Shown here: positions 10,170 to 22,300 of the stretch, piece after piece
Layout of the letters: the number at the start of each line of letters is the position of its first letter
Position numbering within the stretch: position 1 is the stretch's first letter
Assembly (NCBI GenBank): GCA_050298055.1
Contig: JBNKTL010000021.1
Span: forward strand, 22,054 to 86,053
Reading direction: 5' to 3'
DNA from: Spirochaetota bacterium
Lineage (GTDB): Bacteria > Spirochaetota > UBA4802 > UBA5550
DNA length: 64,000 nucleotides
Notes under the pieces: generated by a model
Told to the model about the DNA's origin: nothing
Seen by the model: only the letters and a program-made list of their open reading frames with translations
Database searches by the model: none
Program-made: the position numbers and the translations under genes

Positions 10170-11273
10170 TTAATAGAATTCCCTGGTTTTATTTCCCACA
10201 TCCTGACCGTTGAGTTTTGAGAATTCTTTGAGTAATTCTTTCTGGCGGGGAGTAAGTTTTTTAGGCACCTGTATGTTTATTTTCACAAGCTGGTCCCCCT
10301 TGCCGTATGACCCCAGGTAGGGAATCCCGTTTCCCTTCAACCTGAAGACCTGTCCGTTTTCTGTTCCGGGGGGTATTTTCATCTTTGCCGTACCACCGGA
10401 GAGCGTTGGGACCACTATTTCACCCCCAAGACAGACCAGGGGAAATGATACATCTACCACGCTCAATACGTCATTTCCATGTCTCTCAAAATCAGGATGC
10501 TTTTGCACATGGATGACCACATAAAGGTCACCGCTTGCGCCGCTGTTCGGACCCTGTTCTCCTTCACCGCTTATCTTCAGCCGTGAACCGGATTCAACTC
10601 CCGCCGGGATCTTGGCCGTAATCTTTCTGTTCTTGACCTTCAGACCGGACCCGCCGCATGCTTTACACGGGTTCTTTATGATTTTACCCGCTCCTTTACA
10701 GTTATAACATGTCTGAGTTATGGAGAAAAATCCCTGGGTCTGTCTTACCTGCCCCATGCCGTTACAGACATTACACACGGATGGGGACGTCCCCGCTGCC
10801 GATCCCGAACCACTGCAGGAATCACAGACTTCTTTCCGGGGAATCTCTAAAAGGGCTTCCTTCCCCGTGGCAGCTTCTTCCAGTGTGATAAGGAGATCAT
10901 ATTGCAGATCCGCCCCTCTCCGCGACCTCTTGGACCGTGACCTGCTCCCGAAAGATGATCCGAAAAATCCTTCAAAAATATCACCCAGATCAAAATCCCC
11001 GAAAATATCTGAAAAGTCCGCCTGGGTCCCTCTGAAACCGTCAAAACCGGAAACAGCGTCATGACCATACTTATCGTATTGCGCCCGCTTCTTGGGATCT
11101 CTCAGAACCTCGTATGCCTCTGTTGCTTCCTTGAACTTCTCTTCTGCTTCAGGATTGTTCTTATTTTTATCCGGGTGAAACTTCAGAGCAAGTTTCCTGT
11201 AAGCCTGTTTCAGCTCATTCTCCGTTGCGTTCTTTGCTATTCCCAGAACTTCATAATAATCTCGTTTAGCCAA
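10170..11273 (-). CDS. dnaJ: Molecular chaperone DnaJ
   Basis: J domain with HPD; four CxxCxGxG repeats. Confidence 0.98.
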   Translation of the reverse strand: MAKRDYYEVLGIAKNATENELKQAYRKLALKFHPDKNKNNPEAEEKFKEATEAYEVLRDPKKRAQYDKYGHDAVSGFDGFRGTQADFSDIFGDFDLGDIFEGFFGSSFGSRSRSKRSRRGADLQYDLLITLEEAATGKEALLEIPRKEVCDSCSGSGSAAGTSPSVCNVCNGMGQVRQTQGFFSITQTCYNCKGAGKIIKNPCKACGGSGLKVKNRKITAKIPAGVESGSRLKISGEGEQGPNSGASGDLYVVIHVQKHPDFERHGNDVLSVVDVSFPLVCLGGEIVVPTLSGGTAKMKIPPGTENGQVFRLKGNGIPYLGSYGKGDQLVKINIQVPKKLTPRQKELLKEFSKLNGQDVGNKTREFY

Positions 11274-11404
11274 TTTAATCCCTCATAATATTTGTTTAAA
11301 CACTGCTCCAGACTTATACCGTGTAAAGACAGCCACTTTTATTAACAGACCGGCACCGGTCCATGCCCCTGCGTCCGCAGGGACACGGATTTACAATCCG
11401 GGAT

Positions 11405-13333
11405 CTAAGATTCGTTTTTCTCATCATCCACAACTTCGTAGTCGGCATCATAGACCTTTTCGCCGCTGTCAGCCGCGGTTTCACTCTCTTCGGCTTCCGG
11501 TTCCTGCTGTCCCTGTTGAGCCTGCTGCCCCGCAGTCTCCTGGTAAATTCTCTCGGCAAATTTGTGAGATGCCTGCTCGAGCTTTGTCTTGGCCTCCCTG
11601 ATAGACGCCGCGTCCCCGGACTCCATCTCCTTTCTCAGGTTAGCGATCTCAGCCTCTATCTGCTCCTTCTCCGCGGCCTCGATCTTCTCCTTGTTTTCGT
11701 TGATCATTTTTTCAAGAGAGTAGATCAGGGTATCGGCTTCATTTCTTATCTCAATGGCCTCCCTTTCCTTCTTGTCCTCTTCAGCGTGGGCTTCCGCGTC
11801 TTTTACCATCTTATCGATCTCATCGTCCGAAAGACCGCTGGATGATTCAATCCTGATCTTCTGCTCCTTACCGGTTCCCAGGTCCTTGGCGGAAACATGC
11901 ACAATACCGTTTGCGTCAATATCGAAAGCAACTTCAATCTGGGGAACTCCCCTTGGCGCGGGAGGAATACCCACGAGGTCAAACCTTCCCAGCGTCCTGT
12001 TCTGTGACGCGAGCTCTCTTTCACCCTGAAGAACATGGATTGATACCGCAGGCTGGTTGTCAGCCGCGGTTGAAAATATCTGGCTCTTCTTTGTGGGTAT
12101 TGTAGTGTTTCTCTCAATGAGTTTTGTCATAACGCCGCCCAGTGTCTCAATTCCCAGAGAAAGCGGCGTAACATCCAGGAGAAGTACATCGTGTACGTCC
12201 CCGGCGAGCACACCGCCCTGTATTGCCGCGCCGATGGCAACAACCTCGTCCGGGTTGACTCCCCTGTGCGGCTCTTTGCCGAATATTCTTTTTACAAGTT
12301 CCTGTACTGCGGGAATCCGCGTGGAACCTCCTACAAGAATAACTTCATCGATGTCACCCGGCGTGAGACCGGCATCATCAAGGGCCCTCATGCAGGGGTC
12401 CTTTGTGGAATCAACAAGATCTTCTATGAGCTGCTCGAACTTGGACCGGGCAAGCTGAAGCTGAAGGTGTTTGGGACCGCTCTGGTCTGCCGTGAGGAAC
12501 GGTATATTTATATCGGTCTGCATCTTACTGGAAAGTTCAATCTTTGCCTGCTCGGCAGATTCCTTGAGCCTCTGAAGGGCCATTTTGTCCGCTGATACAT
12601 CAATACCCGACTGTTTCTTGAACTCTGCAATCATCCATTCCATGACACGCTGATCAAAATCATCACCGCCCAGGTGGGTATTTCCATTTGTGGATTTTAC
12701 CTCAAAAACTCCGTCACCCAGTTCAAGGATAGAGATATCAAAGGTACCGCCGCCAAGGTCATATACGGCAATCTTCTCGTTCTCCTTTCCCTTCTCCAAT
12801 CCGTAGGCAAGGGCCGCCGCCGTCGGCTCATTAATGATCCTTTCAACTTCCAGTCCCGCTATCCTTCCCGCATCCTTGGTGGCCTGTCTCTGGGCATCGT
12901 TAAAGTATGCGGGAACAGTGATGACCGCTTTCGAGACCGTTTCACCGAGAAAATCCTCCGCTGTCTGCTTCATCTTCTGCAGTACACGGGCGGATATCTC
13001 CTGGGGGGCGAATTCACCGGCAACGGTTTTTACCTTGAGCCCCCCCTTTCCGTCATCATCAATTTTATAGGGCACCATCTTGATTTCATTCTGGACCTCG
13101 TCAAATCTTCGTCCCATGAACCGTTTGATAGACCTGACAGTATTCTCGGGATTGGTAATGATCTGGTTCTTGGCGACCTGCCCGACAAATCTTTCACCCT
13201 TATCCGTATATGCCACAATTGACGGCGTTGTCCTCTGACCTTCAGCATTCTGAATGACGCTTGGCTCCCCGCCGGTCATAACTGCAACACACGAATTTGT
13301 CGTACCGAGATCAATTCCGATTATTTTACTCAT
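11405..13333 (-). CDS. dnaK: Molecular chaperone DnaK
   Basis: [35 protein letters not shown]. Confidence 0.99.
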   Translation of the reverse strand: MSKIIGIDLGTTNSCVAVMTGGEPSVIQNAEGQRTTPSIVAYTDKGERFVGQVAKNQIITNPENTVRSIKRFMGRRFDEVQNEIKMVPYKIDDDGKGGLKVKTVAGEFAPQEISARVLQKMKQTAEDFLGETVSKAVITVPAYFNDAQRQATKDAGRIAGLEVERIINEPTAAALAYGLEKGKENEKIAVYDLGGGTFDISILELGDGVFEVKSTNGNTHLGGDDFDQRVMEWMIAEFKKQSGIDVSADKMALQRLKESAEQAKIELSSKMQTDINIPFLTADQSGPKHLQLQLARSKFEQLIEDLVDSTKDPCMRALDDAGLTPGDIDEVILVGGSTRIPAVQELVKRIFGKEPHRGVNPDEVVAIGAAIQGGVLAGDVHDVLLLDVTPLSLGIETLGGVMTKLIERNTTIPTKKSQIFSTAADNQPAVSIHVLQGERELASQNRTLGRFDLVGIPPAPRGVPQIEVAFDIDANGIVHVSAKDLGTGKEQKIRIESSSGLSDDEIDKMVKDAEAHAEEDKKEREAIEIRNEADTLIYSLEKMINENKEKIEAAEKEQIEAEIANLRKEMESGDAASIREAKTKLEQASHKFAERIYQETAGQQAQQGQQEPEAEESETAADSGEKVYDADYEVVDDEKNES

Positions 13334-13440
13334 TACTATTTACCTCTTATTTTTTTTATCTCATTTTAAAAATATAATTGTATTTCTTTACAGCACCATT
13401 CCGATTCAATGCACCATCTCCTGGAAGCTGTTAACAGAGA

Positions 13441-14202
13441 CTAACTCTGTTTTCCCTCTCCTTCATCTGCGGTTGGACCTGAAGGTTTCGTGACCTTTAC
13501 CTTTGCCGAACGGACAACAAGATCATCAATGCGAAAACCTTTCTGATGCACCCTGGTTACCGTATCACATTCCACATCATCACCTGTTTCTATCTCAACC
13601 GCTTCATGAAAATTGGGATCAAACTCCAGGTTAAGTGACTCAATTTCCTTAATACCAAATTTGCCCAGTGTTGACTCGATCCTGCCCGAGATCATGGATA
13701 CACCCTCAACAAATGAGTTGTGGGCCTTTTCAAGAGATTCACCTTCGGGGATCTTCCCGGATACCTCAATGGCCCGGAGGAGGTCATCGTTGATATTGAT
13801 AATTTCCAGCGCGAAGTCTCTGATGGCAAACTTTTTGTTGTCCTCGAGAAGCTTGAGGTTTCTCTTTTTGAAGTTTTCAAAATCGGCCTGTCTCCTCTGG
13901 ATGAGCTCCTTTATGGATTCTATCTCCTTATTCAGCTCCATAATCTCATCATCCTTTTCAGAGATGACCTTTTTCAGCTGAAACTCCGCGCTGTCCTCAT
14001 CCTCCCGGGAACTTTTCCTCCTTTCTCTCAGCCTCCTTACATCTCTTCTCCTTTCCTCATTTCTCCTGTTGTTTTCACCGGTAAAACCCGTTTCACTGTT
14101 TTCCCCGGGATTCCCGTTACCGGCAGTTTCTTCAATGTTTTCGCTTTTTTCTCCGTTTTCCTCCAGGTTTTCCCCCTGGAGTTTTTCACTCTTTTTCGAC
14201 AT
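13441..14202 (-). CDS. grpE: Nucleotide exchange factor GrpE with long Arg-rich N-terminal extension
   Basis: ADFENFKKR, FDPNFHEA, QKGFRI...VRSAKVKV. Start MSKKSEK at 14202 with RBS GGAG. Confidence 0.95.
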   Translation of the reverse strand: MSKKSEKLQGENLEENGEKSENIEETAGNGNPGENSETGFTGENNRRNEERRRDVRRLRERRKSSREDEDSAEFQLKKVISEKDDEIMELNKEIESIKELIQRRQADFENFKKRNLKLLEDNKKFAIRDFALEIININDDLLRAIEVSGKIPEGESLEKAHNSFVEGVSMISGRIESTLGKFGIKEIESLNLEFDPNFHEAVEIETGDDVECDTVTRVHQKGFRIDDLVVRSAKVKVTKPSGPTADEGEGKQS

Positions 14203-14268
14203 GTCCATCATCTCCAAAAATTTATCAAATGAATTCAGCAATAATTCTTTATTGTTAAAAATATCTTA

Positions 14269-14422
14269 AACCGCAAAGGCGCAAAGGGCGCAAAGTTTAA
14301 GAAAACGTTAAATTTTAAATGTTGATTTATCCCATCTAAAACAGTTTCTTAAATTTAACATTCAACATTTAAAACTCAACATTAATAAACTCTTCCTTTG
14401 CGAACTTGGCGTCTTAGCGGTT
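14269..14422. repeat. Nested inverted-repeat element between hrcA and grpE
   Basis: Outer arms aaccgcaaaggcgcaaagggcgcaaag / ctttgcgaacttggcgtcttagcggtt; inner 7-bp-periodic arms (aattttaaatgttg / ttcaacatttaaaactcaacatt). Confidence 0.8.
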
Positions 14423-14454
14423 AAAAAATCTTCTTCCTCTCTTCTTCATTCTTT

Positions 14455-15510
14455 TTACTTGGACATCTGAGTCAACAGGTCAGATACCAGCTTCCCGGAA
14501 TAGTCAACCAGGGGAACAACCTTGTCATAGTCCATCCTTGTGGGTCCTATGATCCCGATTGAACCGACCTTTCTATTGCCAATTTTATATGTGGTCGTAA
14601 CAATGCTGCACCCGGAAACCTTCTCATCATCAATCTCATTGCCGATGAAAGTCCTGATCCCGTCCATACCCAGGGAGAGTTCCATGATCTCTCTCAGGAT
14701 ATTTTTCTCTTCTATTATATTCAACAGGCTGTTAAGCCTCGCCTCTTCAACCATTTCAGGAATTTTCAGAAGGTTTTCAACACCATCCAGGCAGATATCC
14801 GACTCTACGCTCTCCATAAGTGCAAGCTCGGCAAAGTCGATTGCCATCTCCTTTTTAAAGCCGAGGTTCTTTTCTTTCCTGATCTTTTCAAAGATCGTGT
14901 CCTTTATTTCAAGAAGGGAATAACCGCAGAGTTCAGTTGTCAGAAATTTTGAAAATTCATAGAGTTCATCCTGTGTCACAGTTGATGAAACATGGATCTT
15001 TTTATTGATGACCATACCGGTCCGCGTGACCAGTATAACAAGGACCTGGTTGATATCCAGGTTAACGAGCTCAATTCTCTTCACTACTGTAAAATCGAGT
15101 TTGGGTGTAAGCATGATAGCGGCATATTTTGATATATGAGAGAGCATCTTTGTAATGGTACAGAATACCTTGTCGAGCTGAAGTTCCTTTTTGATAAACT
15201 CATCCTTGACCCGCACCTCCTGGTTTGAGGAATAGCTGTACTTGTCCAGAAGGAAATCAACGTAATACCTGTAACCTTTGTCAGTGGGGATCCGGCCTGC
15301 TGAGGTATGGGGCTGCATGAGATACCCCATCCCCTCAAGGTCAAACATGATATTTCTCATTGTGGCGGGCGAGAGGGAAAATGAATATTTTTGAACGAAA
15401 GACCTTGATCCAACAGGTTTACTGGTTTCAATATATTCATGAACAATGGCGCTTAATATTGCTGACTCCCTGTCATCCAGCGCTCTCTCTGTAGATATTC
15501 CCCGTGGCAT
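14455..15510 (-). CDS. hrcA: Heat-inducible transcription repressor HrcA
   Basis: PVGSR, SPATMRN, QPHTSAGRIPTDKGYRYYVD, GPTRMDY. Confidence 0.98.
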   Translation of the reverse strand: MPRGISTERALDDRESAILSAIVHEYIETSKPVGSRSFVQKYSFSLSPATMRNIMFDLEGMGYLMQPHTSAGRIPTDKGYRYYVDFLLDKYSYSSNQEVRVKDEFIKKELQLDKVFCTITKMLSHISKYAAIMLTPKLDFTVVKRIELVNLDINQVLVILVTRTGMVINKKIHVSSTVTQDELYEFSKFLTTELCGYSLLEIKDTIFEKIRKEKNLGFKKEMAIDFAELALMESVESDICLDGVENLLKIPEMVEEARLNSLLNIIEEKNILREIMELSLGMDGIRTFIGNEIDDEKVSGCSIVTTTYKIGNRKVGSIGIIGPTRMDYDKVVPLVDYSGKLVSDLLTQMSK

Positions 15511-15531
15511 CCCTTTTTAACCTTTCAATCA

Positions 15532-15558
15532 TTAGCACTCAGCAAAACAGAGTGCTAA
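15532..15558. promoter_or_regulatory. CIRCE element (HrcA operator)
   Basis: Perfect TTAGCACTC-N9-GAGTGCTAA just upstream of hrcA. Confidence 0.97.
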
Positions 15559-15620
15559 TAGAAAAATAATTATTATTCAGGTATTCGTCAAGGGGAAAAG
15601 TAAAAAATATTATAAGAAGA

Positions 15621-16436
15621 TCATTTTTTTGTATTTTTTTTCTTATCTTTGGCCTCATCCTCTGCCTGGAGGGCCTGTTTATTGGCATCGATTGTGGTTT
15701 TCAGTTTGTTGGCCTCTTCGCTCTCACCGAAGAGAACATGTATTTTTCTCAGCGCAGAGAGAAGCTCGATTGTCTGCTTCATATCATCCCTGGCCTTACC
15801 TGTAAGCTCGTACTTGGTCCTGAACTGTTTCGCGGCTTCCGCAAGACCGTCCTTGCACATCTGCATCATCTCTTTTCTTTCATGATAGAACTCGGTACGC
15901 GGGTCACGGAGTTTCGCAATATCGGAAAAGTTTGTAATATTCTTTGTAATGACGGCAACCCGGGAGTGGAGCTCCACGAAAGACCACTTCCATTTGGAAC
16001 TATCCCCCAGCTGGGACCTGATATTTACGAACACATCGTTGACGCGCCTGATGAGATCAAGAATCTCTGCGGGATTTAACATCCGGATCTTAGCAAGGTA
16101 TTCGTCATTGGAGCGGAGGGTCCTGTCCGTTTCACTCCCGACCACGGCTTCCAGCGCCTGCAGTACCTTGTAGAATTCCTTCCTTGCCTCATTGAGAAAC
16201 TTTTCATTTCTCTGTTTCAGCATGTCAAGGGAGAGGTTGTTCATCCTGAGGTAGAGGTTTATGATATTCATGTAATATGTTGCGATTTCAAGGTTATAAT
16301 AATCAGACAGTTTTGCCATCTTCTTCATCTTCGTCAGCTGGATATCCCTGATCTTCCTGGAGTACTCCTCGACCTCTTTTTTCAGGTCCTTTATCTCATC
16401 ATTGTATGCCGCCTTTTCCGCTTTCCCGATAGCCAT
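15621..16436 (-). CDS. Hypothetical alpha-helical protein
   Basis: 271-aa ORF with RBS GAGGA; no recognised motif. Confidence 0.75.
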   Translation of the reverse strand: MAIGKAEKAAYNDEIKDLKKEVEEYSRKIRDIQLTKMKKMAKLSDYYNLEIATYYMNIINLYLRMNNLSLDMLKQRNEKFLNEARKEFYKVLQALEAVVGSETDRTLRSNDEYLAKIRMLNPAEILDLIRRVNDVFVNIRSQLGDSSKWKWSFVELHSRVAVITKNITNFSDIAKLRDPRTEFYHERKEMMQMCKDGLAEAAKQFRTKYELTGKARDDMKQTIELLSALRKIHVLFGESEEANKLKTTIDANKQALQAEDEAKDKKKNTKK

Positions 16437-16714
16437 GATATTATCCTCTTAAATTAACCTTAAAAAGCCCATAAATTCTGAAATTTCCAGCTCTAATTCT
16501 TAACTATTCAACCAGGGGATTATCCCCGTTTTAATTTTCCTTGACTAATAATCGTATTTTAATTTTATATCTTAACTAACTATTTATATCTTTACAAAAT
16601 CTCAATATATTGAGTAAAATACAATTATAATTTTATTATCTACAAAAAAGGCAAAAAACATTATATTTTTTAAAGGGAATGAAATTTATGGGTAACTCAA
16701 ATAAAATATATGTG

Positions 16715-16817
16715 ACAACTACTCAGCTCTATGGCTAAAAATATGTCTCTTTACGAAAATATCAACAATGTGTTAGTTTGTTAACATGCCATTTTTAATA
16801 CATAGCTGAGCAGATAC
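16715..16817. mobile_element. Degenerate MITE-like element
   Basis: Imperfect TIRs acaactactcagctctatg / catagctgagcagatac; similar to 24477-24569. Confidence 0.6.
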
Positions 16818-16876
16818 TGAACGTGCAGAGTTTAACAGTCACATAAAACTAATAATTGATTTAAGGCAGGAAAGAA

Positions 16877-18190
16877 TTGGAAAAATTTGAGATCAAACCG
16901 GCTAAAGGAAAACTTGGAGTTGTGATCCCCGGCCTGGGTGCCGTAGGGACCACGTTTATTGCCGGCGTAATGCTGGTGAGGAAGGGACTGAATATACCCG
17001 TTGGTTCCCTTACCCAGATGGGGAAAATAGAAATTGGAAGAGGCGAGAATGCCAGGAATATAAACTTAAACGAGTTTGTTCCGCTGGCAAAGCTTGAGGA
17101 TATTGAATTCGGCGGATGGGATATCTTCGAAGACAGCGTCTACGAGGCAGTTGTAAATGCCGGCGTTCTGAGAAGAGAAGATTTTGACCAGGTTAAAGAT
17201 GAACTTGAATCAATAAAACCGTGGAAAGCCGTGTTCAACAGGGACTATGTTAAAAAACTGGACGGCAAATGGGTAAAAGAAGGAAAAACATACTGGGACC
17301 TCGCAGAGAAGCTCAAGAAGGATATGGAGAACTTCAAAAAGGAGAAAAACCTGGACCGCCTTGTCATGGTCTGGTGCGGTAGTACCGAGATCTACCAGGA
17401 GGTTGTACCCGGGATACACGACACCCTGGAAAACTTTGAGAAGGCCCTGAAGGAAAGCAATCCGAAAATCGCACCGAGCATGATGTATGCCTATGCGGCC
17501 CTTTCTTCCGGGATACCCTTTGCCAACGGGGCCCCGAACCTTGCCAACAGCATACCGGCACTCTGGGAACTGGCAGAGAGTAAAAAAGTCCCCATGGGAG
17601 GGAGCGACTTCAAAACCGGTCAGACACTTATGAAAACAATACTGGCTCCGGGATTTAAGGCGAGAATGCTCGGGCTGGCCGGCTGGTTTTCAACGAATAT
17701 CCTTGGCAACAGAGACGGTGAAGTGCTTGATGATCCTGAAAGCTTCAAGACAAAGGAAGTATCAAAGCTCTCGGTACTTGACCAGATACTCCAGCCCAAA
17801 CTCTATCCCGAACTCTACGAAGGGTACTCTCACAAGGTAAGGATCAATTACTATCCCCCCAGGGGAGACAATAAAGAGGGATGGGACAACATAGACATCT
17901 TCGGATGGCTCGGTTACCCCATGCAGATCAAGATCGATTTCCTCTGCAGGGACTCGATACTTGCCGCACCAATAGTGCTTGACCTCCTCCTCTTTATGGA
18001 TCTTGCACAGAGAGCAAACCTCTTTGGAAACCAGGAGTGGCTCTCATTCTACTGGAAAAGCCCGCAGCACGCGCCGGGCACACAACCTCAGCATGATATT
18101 TTTATTCAGCTCATGAAGCTGAAAAACACCCTTCGATGGCTCATGAACGAACCACCCGTGACCTACGCGGAATCGGAAGTAGATCAATAA
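16877..18190 (+). CDS. ino1: Myo-inositol-1-phosphate synthase
   Basis: GLGAVGTT, GSDFKTGQT, STNILGNRDG, YYPPRGDNK, CRDSILAAP. Confidence 0.95.
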   Translation: MEKFEIKPAKGKLGVVIPGLGAVGTTFIAGVMLVRKGLNIPVGSLTQMGKIEIGRGENARNINLNEFVPLAKLEDIEFGGWDIFEDSVYEAVVNAGVLRREDFDQVKDELESIKPWKAVFNRDYVKKLDGKWVKEGKTYWDLAEKLKKDMENFKKEKNLDRLVMVWCGSTEIYQEVVPGIHDTLENFEKALKESNPKIAPSMMYAYAALSSGIPFANGAPNLANSIPALWELAESKKVPMGGSDFKTGQTLMKTILAPGFKARMLGLAGWFSTNILGNRDGEVLDDPESFKTKEVSKLSVLDQILQPKLYPELYEGYSHKVRINYYPPRGDNKEGWDNIDIFGWLGYPMQIKIDFLCRDSILAAPIVLDLLLFMDLAQRANLFGNQEWLSFYWKSPQHAPGTQPQHDIFIQLMKLKNTLRWLMNEPPVTYAESEVDQ

Positions 18191-18204
18191 GAATATATGT
18201 TATT

Positions 18205-18232
18205 GCAGGGGCGCAATGTATTGCGCCCCTGC
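18205..18232. terminator. REP-like hairpin between convergent genes (probable bidirectional terminator)
   Basis: 13-bp stem gcaggggcgcaat-gt-attgcgcccctgc. Confidence 0.7.
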
Positions 18233-18241
18233 GACATTACA

Positions 18242-19132
18242 TCATAAAAGCGGATCAATCTCCCCGGGGAACCTCATCAGGTCACCCTTTTCAAAAACCC
18301 ATTCAGGGGTGACAAGTTTTCCCGAAAACCTTATCGAGTACCAGGGACTCAGTGAACTGTTTTGGGGATTCTTCAGTATGTGAATACTCTGCGCGGGCAT
18401 ATAGCTCTGGGCAAGAAGGAAGATCTTTTCACCGTTCATTTTATTTGTAGCAGTGTCTACGACAATTACCGCATGCCCCGGGGCACCCCCCTGTATAAAG
18501 ATATCGCCAATATCAAGATCAGCTATTCTCTTTACCTTAACCAGTTCCCGGGAAAGGGAGAGGGAACCTGCATACTGGAATATCTTCTCCATGTATCTCC
18601 TGAAATTCCCGTATGAATAGTCCCTTGTGCTTTTCTTCTGGAAAAGCACCCTCCTCCCTTTGACCACCGGACGGTATCCTTCGGCCCATTTAAGATAGTC
18701 TACCCTGTCTCCGGAAGTAAATTTAAAGTGTATCTTTCTTAACAACTTCTTTCGGAAGAGATACTCACCCCGCAGCCGAATAATCGCATCGGCACACTGC
18801 TGCAGGTCACGCCTGCCAACATCCATCTCTATAACTGCATAGTGAATGCCCCGGTCGGGCTTTATCATCCCGTTATAATACCTCACAGGCGTTCCCGGTT
18901 TCATTAACCTCAAACCCCTGAGCCATTCACCGAAACTCCCTCTCGGCATGGTATTTCTAGAAAATCCCGCGGGCAGAGGAATCCCGGACACACTGCTTCC
19001 CCGCCCGGGAGCGAAAGCATTCCCGGAATGCGGTTCACCGCAGGAAAAAAAGAAAATGAAAATTATCACTGCAAAGGGAGTTGGAACTCTGTCTCTCGAT
19101 CCTGCCTTGCATTTTCGGTTTGGGAATTGCAT
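18242..19132 (-). CDS. DUF4846 family lipoprotein
   Basis: DLQQCADAIIRLRGEYL, GGAPGHAVIVVD, LLAQSYMPAQ; lipobox FFSC. Confidence 0.85.
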   Translation of the reverse strand: MQFPNRKCKAGSRDRVPTPFAVIIFIFFFSCGEPHSGNAFAPGRGSSVSGIPLPAGFSRNTMPRGSFGEWLRGLRLMKPGTPVRYYNGMIKPDRGIHYAVIEMDVGRRDLQQCADAIIRLRGEYLFRKKLLRKIHFKFTSGDRVDYLKWAEGYRPVVKGRRVLFQKKSTRDYSYGNFRRYMEKIFQYAGSLSLSRELVKVKRIADLDIGDIFIQGGAPGHAVIVVDTATNKMNGEKIFLLAQSYMPAQSIHILKNPQNSSLSPWYSIRFSGKLVTPEWVFEKGDLMRFPGEIDPLL

Positions 19133-19367
19133 ATGGTATTGTTATCTCCAGTAATGGGTAAAACTGCAAGTGACTATTATAAACATCAAATGTTTGGAGT
19201 CATTAAGAAAATCAACACCACAAAATCAGCCGCATATTTTCTGTATGGGTTGAGTTTATCTGTTATCTGTTTTTCAATTATGTGAAGAGGCCTGATAACT
19301 GACACCAATCCCAACTCATGTCTATTATCACATCAATTTTTAATGAGAGAGTTCAATTAAAAATTAC

Positions 19368-22300
19368 TTAAAAAAGATCAAGAAATGACTTAAAGCCCGC
19401 CTTAATTTTTGGTAAATCTGATAAATTTTTTAGAATCCAGGTTATTAATGATCCAATCCCGGTTAATATACTTGCTACAATAATAAACCAGGTCTTTTTA
19501 AAGAATGGTTTTTTTTCTTTTGGAGTTACTATGGCAATATTTAATGGATTTGTCTCACTGTAGTATTCATAGCCTACACTCTCTTTTTCTAAAAACTCAA
19601 TACCTGAAAAAAGATTATCAACTTTCACAACTTTAAAACTGGACTGACATTGAAGTTCTTGTATTTTCAGTTGTGCATTTTTCGCATTAATCAACGTTTT
19701 GTAATCAAATAAATATGGCTCTTTAGAGTCTCTGCATCGCTCACAAACACAGGGGACCAGTTTTTTGGTTTTTAATTTTTTAAACTGCCGGTTTATCTCA
19801 TCAATTTTACGGATAATTACCGCGCGAATATCTTCCTTCCGTTTTCCTTTTACTTTTATCTGGATCAGGTTTTTTTCATTAATTTCTATTACTTCCGCTT
19901 CAGTATCGTTAAAATCCAGCAAAATGCCGAAACGCCAAACCAGATCGTCTTTAATTTCTTCTTTCATTTCAACGATAAACTGCCACAATATTCCAGCCGG
20001 CATAAAAATTTCGTATTCGAAATGGAATTGAATGTTTTCTTTATTATCCCAATGATATTTCGGTGCATCGTAGGGAAGCATCTGTGGTGCGATAATAAAA
20101 CCATCTTTTTCATAAACCAGGTAGAATTTTTTCATAAGAGCGATAATCTCCGGGACATAACCGGAATATTCATGAGAAAAGATCATTTCAATATCAGAGC
20201 GTTCAAATCGTCCCTGTTTTTTTGCTAAACTTTTGTCATCAAGAATCATGTAAGCGGCATCCAGAACCCACTCCTTATCTACAAAAATGAGCCGATGCAG
20301 GACATCGTCATTCTTGAAATGCAAAAATATACCTAAATCATTGAAAAACTCGCAAACAATATCCTGGTCTTTATGTACTGTTAGTTGGTGTTTGGTACAA
20401 AGTTCACGGTAAGTTTTTAAAGATATAACTTTTTCATTTTCTAATTCAGCTATTTCTTCCCTTACTTTTTTCCAATTAGCGGGAATAGGATCACCGATAT
20501 GTTTTAAATGGCTAATCTCATATTTTAGTTTATCCATTAAATTATCGAAACGTTCATCAGTGTTTTTAAAATTAACTTCCTTTTTATCTTTTAAATGAGA
20601 AAAACGTATTTGTAACTTTTGATAAGGGAGATCGCGCTTGCGGTCTTCCTTTTCGTTGATAACGATCAATACAGGGCTTTCTTCACCAAATAGTTCTACA
20701 GTGTGTAACCAGTAGTAAAAGTCTGTATTTTCTTTACGAGCATCAGCCAAAATTGTATAAAAAGAACGATGAGTCAGGAAAAAACGGTGAGTTGCTTTAT
20801 AAATAGATTGGCCACCAAAATCCCAGATATTCACTGTAATTTCCATTTCCCCCTGATTATATATGTTATAGATGAATTTCCATTTTTTGACGTCAATACC
20901 GCGGGTGGTCTCTTCTTCTTCAGGCATCCTGGCAGTTTTGTCTTTTATTTTTCGGGCAAAGGTTGTTTTTCCTGCACCTGGTTCACCAAGAATCAGCAGT
21001 TTAGCTTCATAAATATAATCTGTTCCTTCTTTTTCGATGTCTTTAAAGTACTTACGAATTGCATCATTACCCTGTTTAACAACCTGCAACGGTGGACTTT
21101 CCAGAGGATTACCGTATAAATTTATACATTTTTTTTCTCTTTTATCTTCTATCTTAATATCTAATCTATTTTCAACTAGCCAGGATTCAAAGTTTTTAAT
21201 ATTATTATCAGCTAAATCAACAGTATTGTAGCTTTTCATTTCTTTCAAAAAAGAAACATCGCTTAAATCATTGTTCCTTAATGACAGAGAAATCAGCCCT
21301 TTCAGTTCTTTCAGAAAAGAAACATTACTTAAATAATTGTTCATTAATGACAGAGAAGTCAACCCTTGCATTTTCTGCAGAAAAGAAACATCACTTAAAT
21401 AATTATAACTTAAATCGAGAGAAGTTAGATCTTCCATCTCCTTTAAAAAAGAAACATCACTTATATCATTGTTTCTTAATGAGAGAGAAGACAACCCTTT
21501 GATTTCTTTCAGAAAAGTAACATCGCTTATATTATTGTAACTTAGACAAAGAGAAGTCAGTTCTTCCATCTCCTGCAGAAAAGAAACATCACTTAAATAA
21601 TTATAACTCAAATCGAGAGAAGTCAGACCTTTCATTTCCTTTAAAAAAGAAACATCACTTAAATTATTGTAACTCAAATCGAGAGAAGTCAGACCTTCTA
21701 TCTCCTGTAAAAAAGAAACATCATTTAAATCATTGTTCCTTAACGAGAGAGAAGCCAGTCTTTTCAGTTCTTGAGGAAAAGGCATATACTTTAATTTACT
21801 ATTACTTAAATCAAGAGAAGTCAAACATTTAAACTCCTTCAGAAATGAAACATCACTTAAATCATTGTAACTTAAAGCAAGGGAAGTCAGGCCTCCCATC
21901 TCCTTCAGAAAAGAAACATCACTTAATTTATTATAACTTAAATCGAGAGAAGTCAGGCCCTCCATATCCTTTAAAAAAGAAACATCCCTTAAATTATTAT
22001 AACTCAGATCAAGAGAAGTCAGACCTTCCATCTCTTTTAAAAAAGAAACATCACTTATATTATTGCAACTAAGATTGAGAGAAATCAGACCTTCCATCTC
22101 TTTAAGAAAAGAAATGTCTTTTATATTTTTATTACTACTTAAACTGAGAGAAGTCAGACCTTCCATCTCCTTCAGAAAAGAAAAATCTTTTATATTTCTA
22201 TTATCACTTAAATCGAGAAAAGTCAGACCTCCCATCTCCTTTAAAAAAGAAACATCGTTTAAACAAATAGATCGCATACTTAAAAATATTAAGTTTTTAA

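Noticed and set aside
21190..22300. Regular ~66-bp repeats as a CRISPR array
   Set aside because: The repeats are in-frame LRR codons with no unique spacers, and there are no cas genes.
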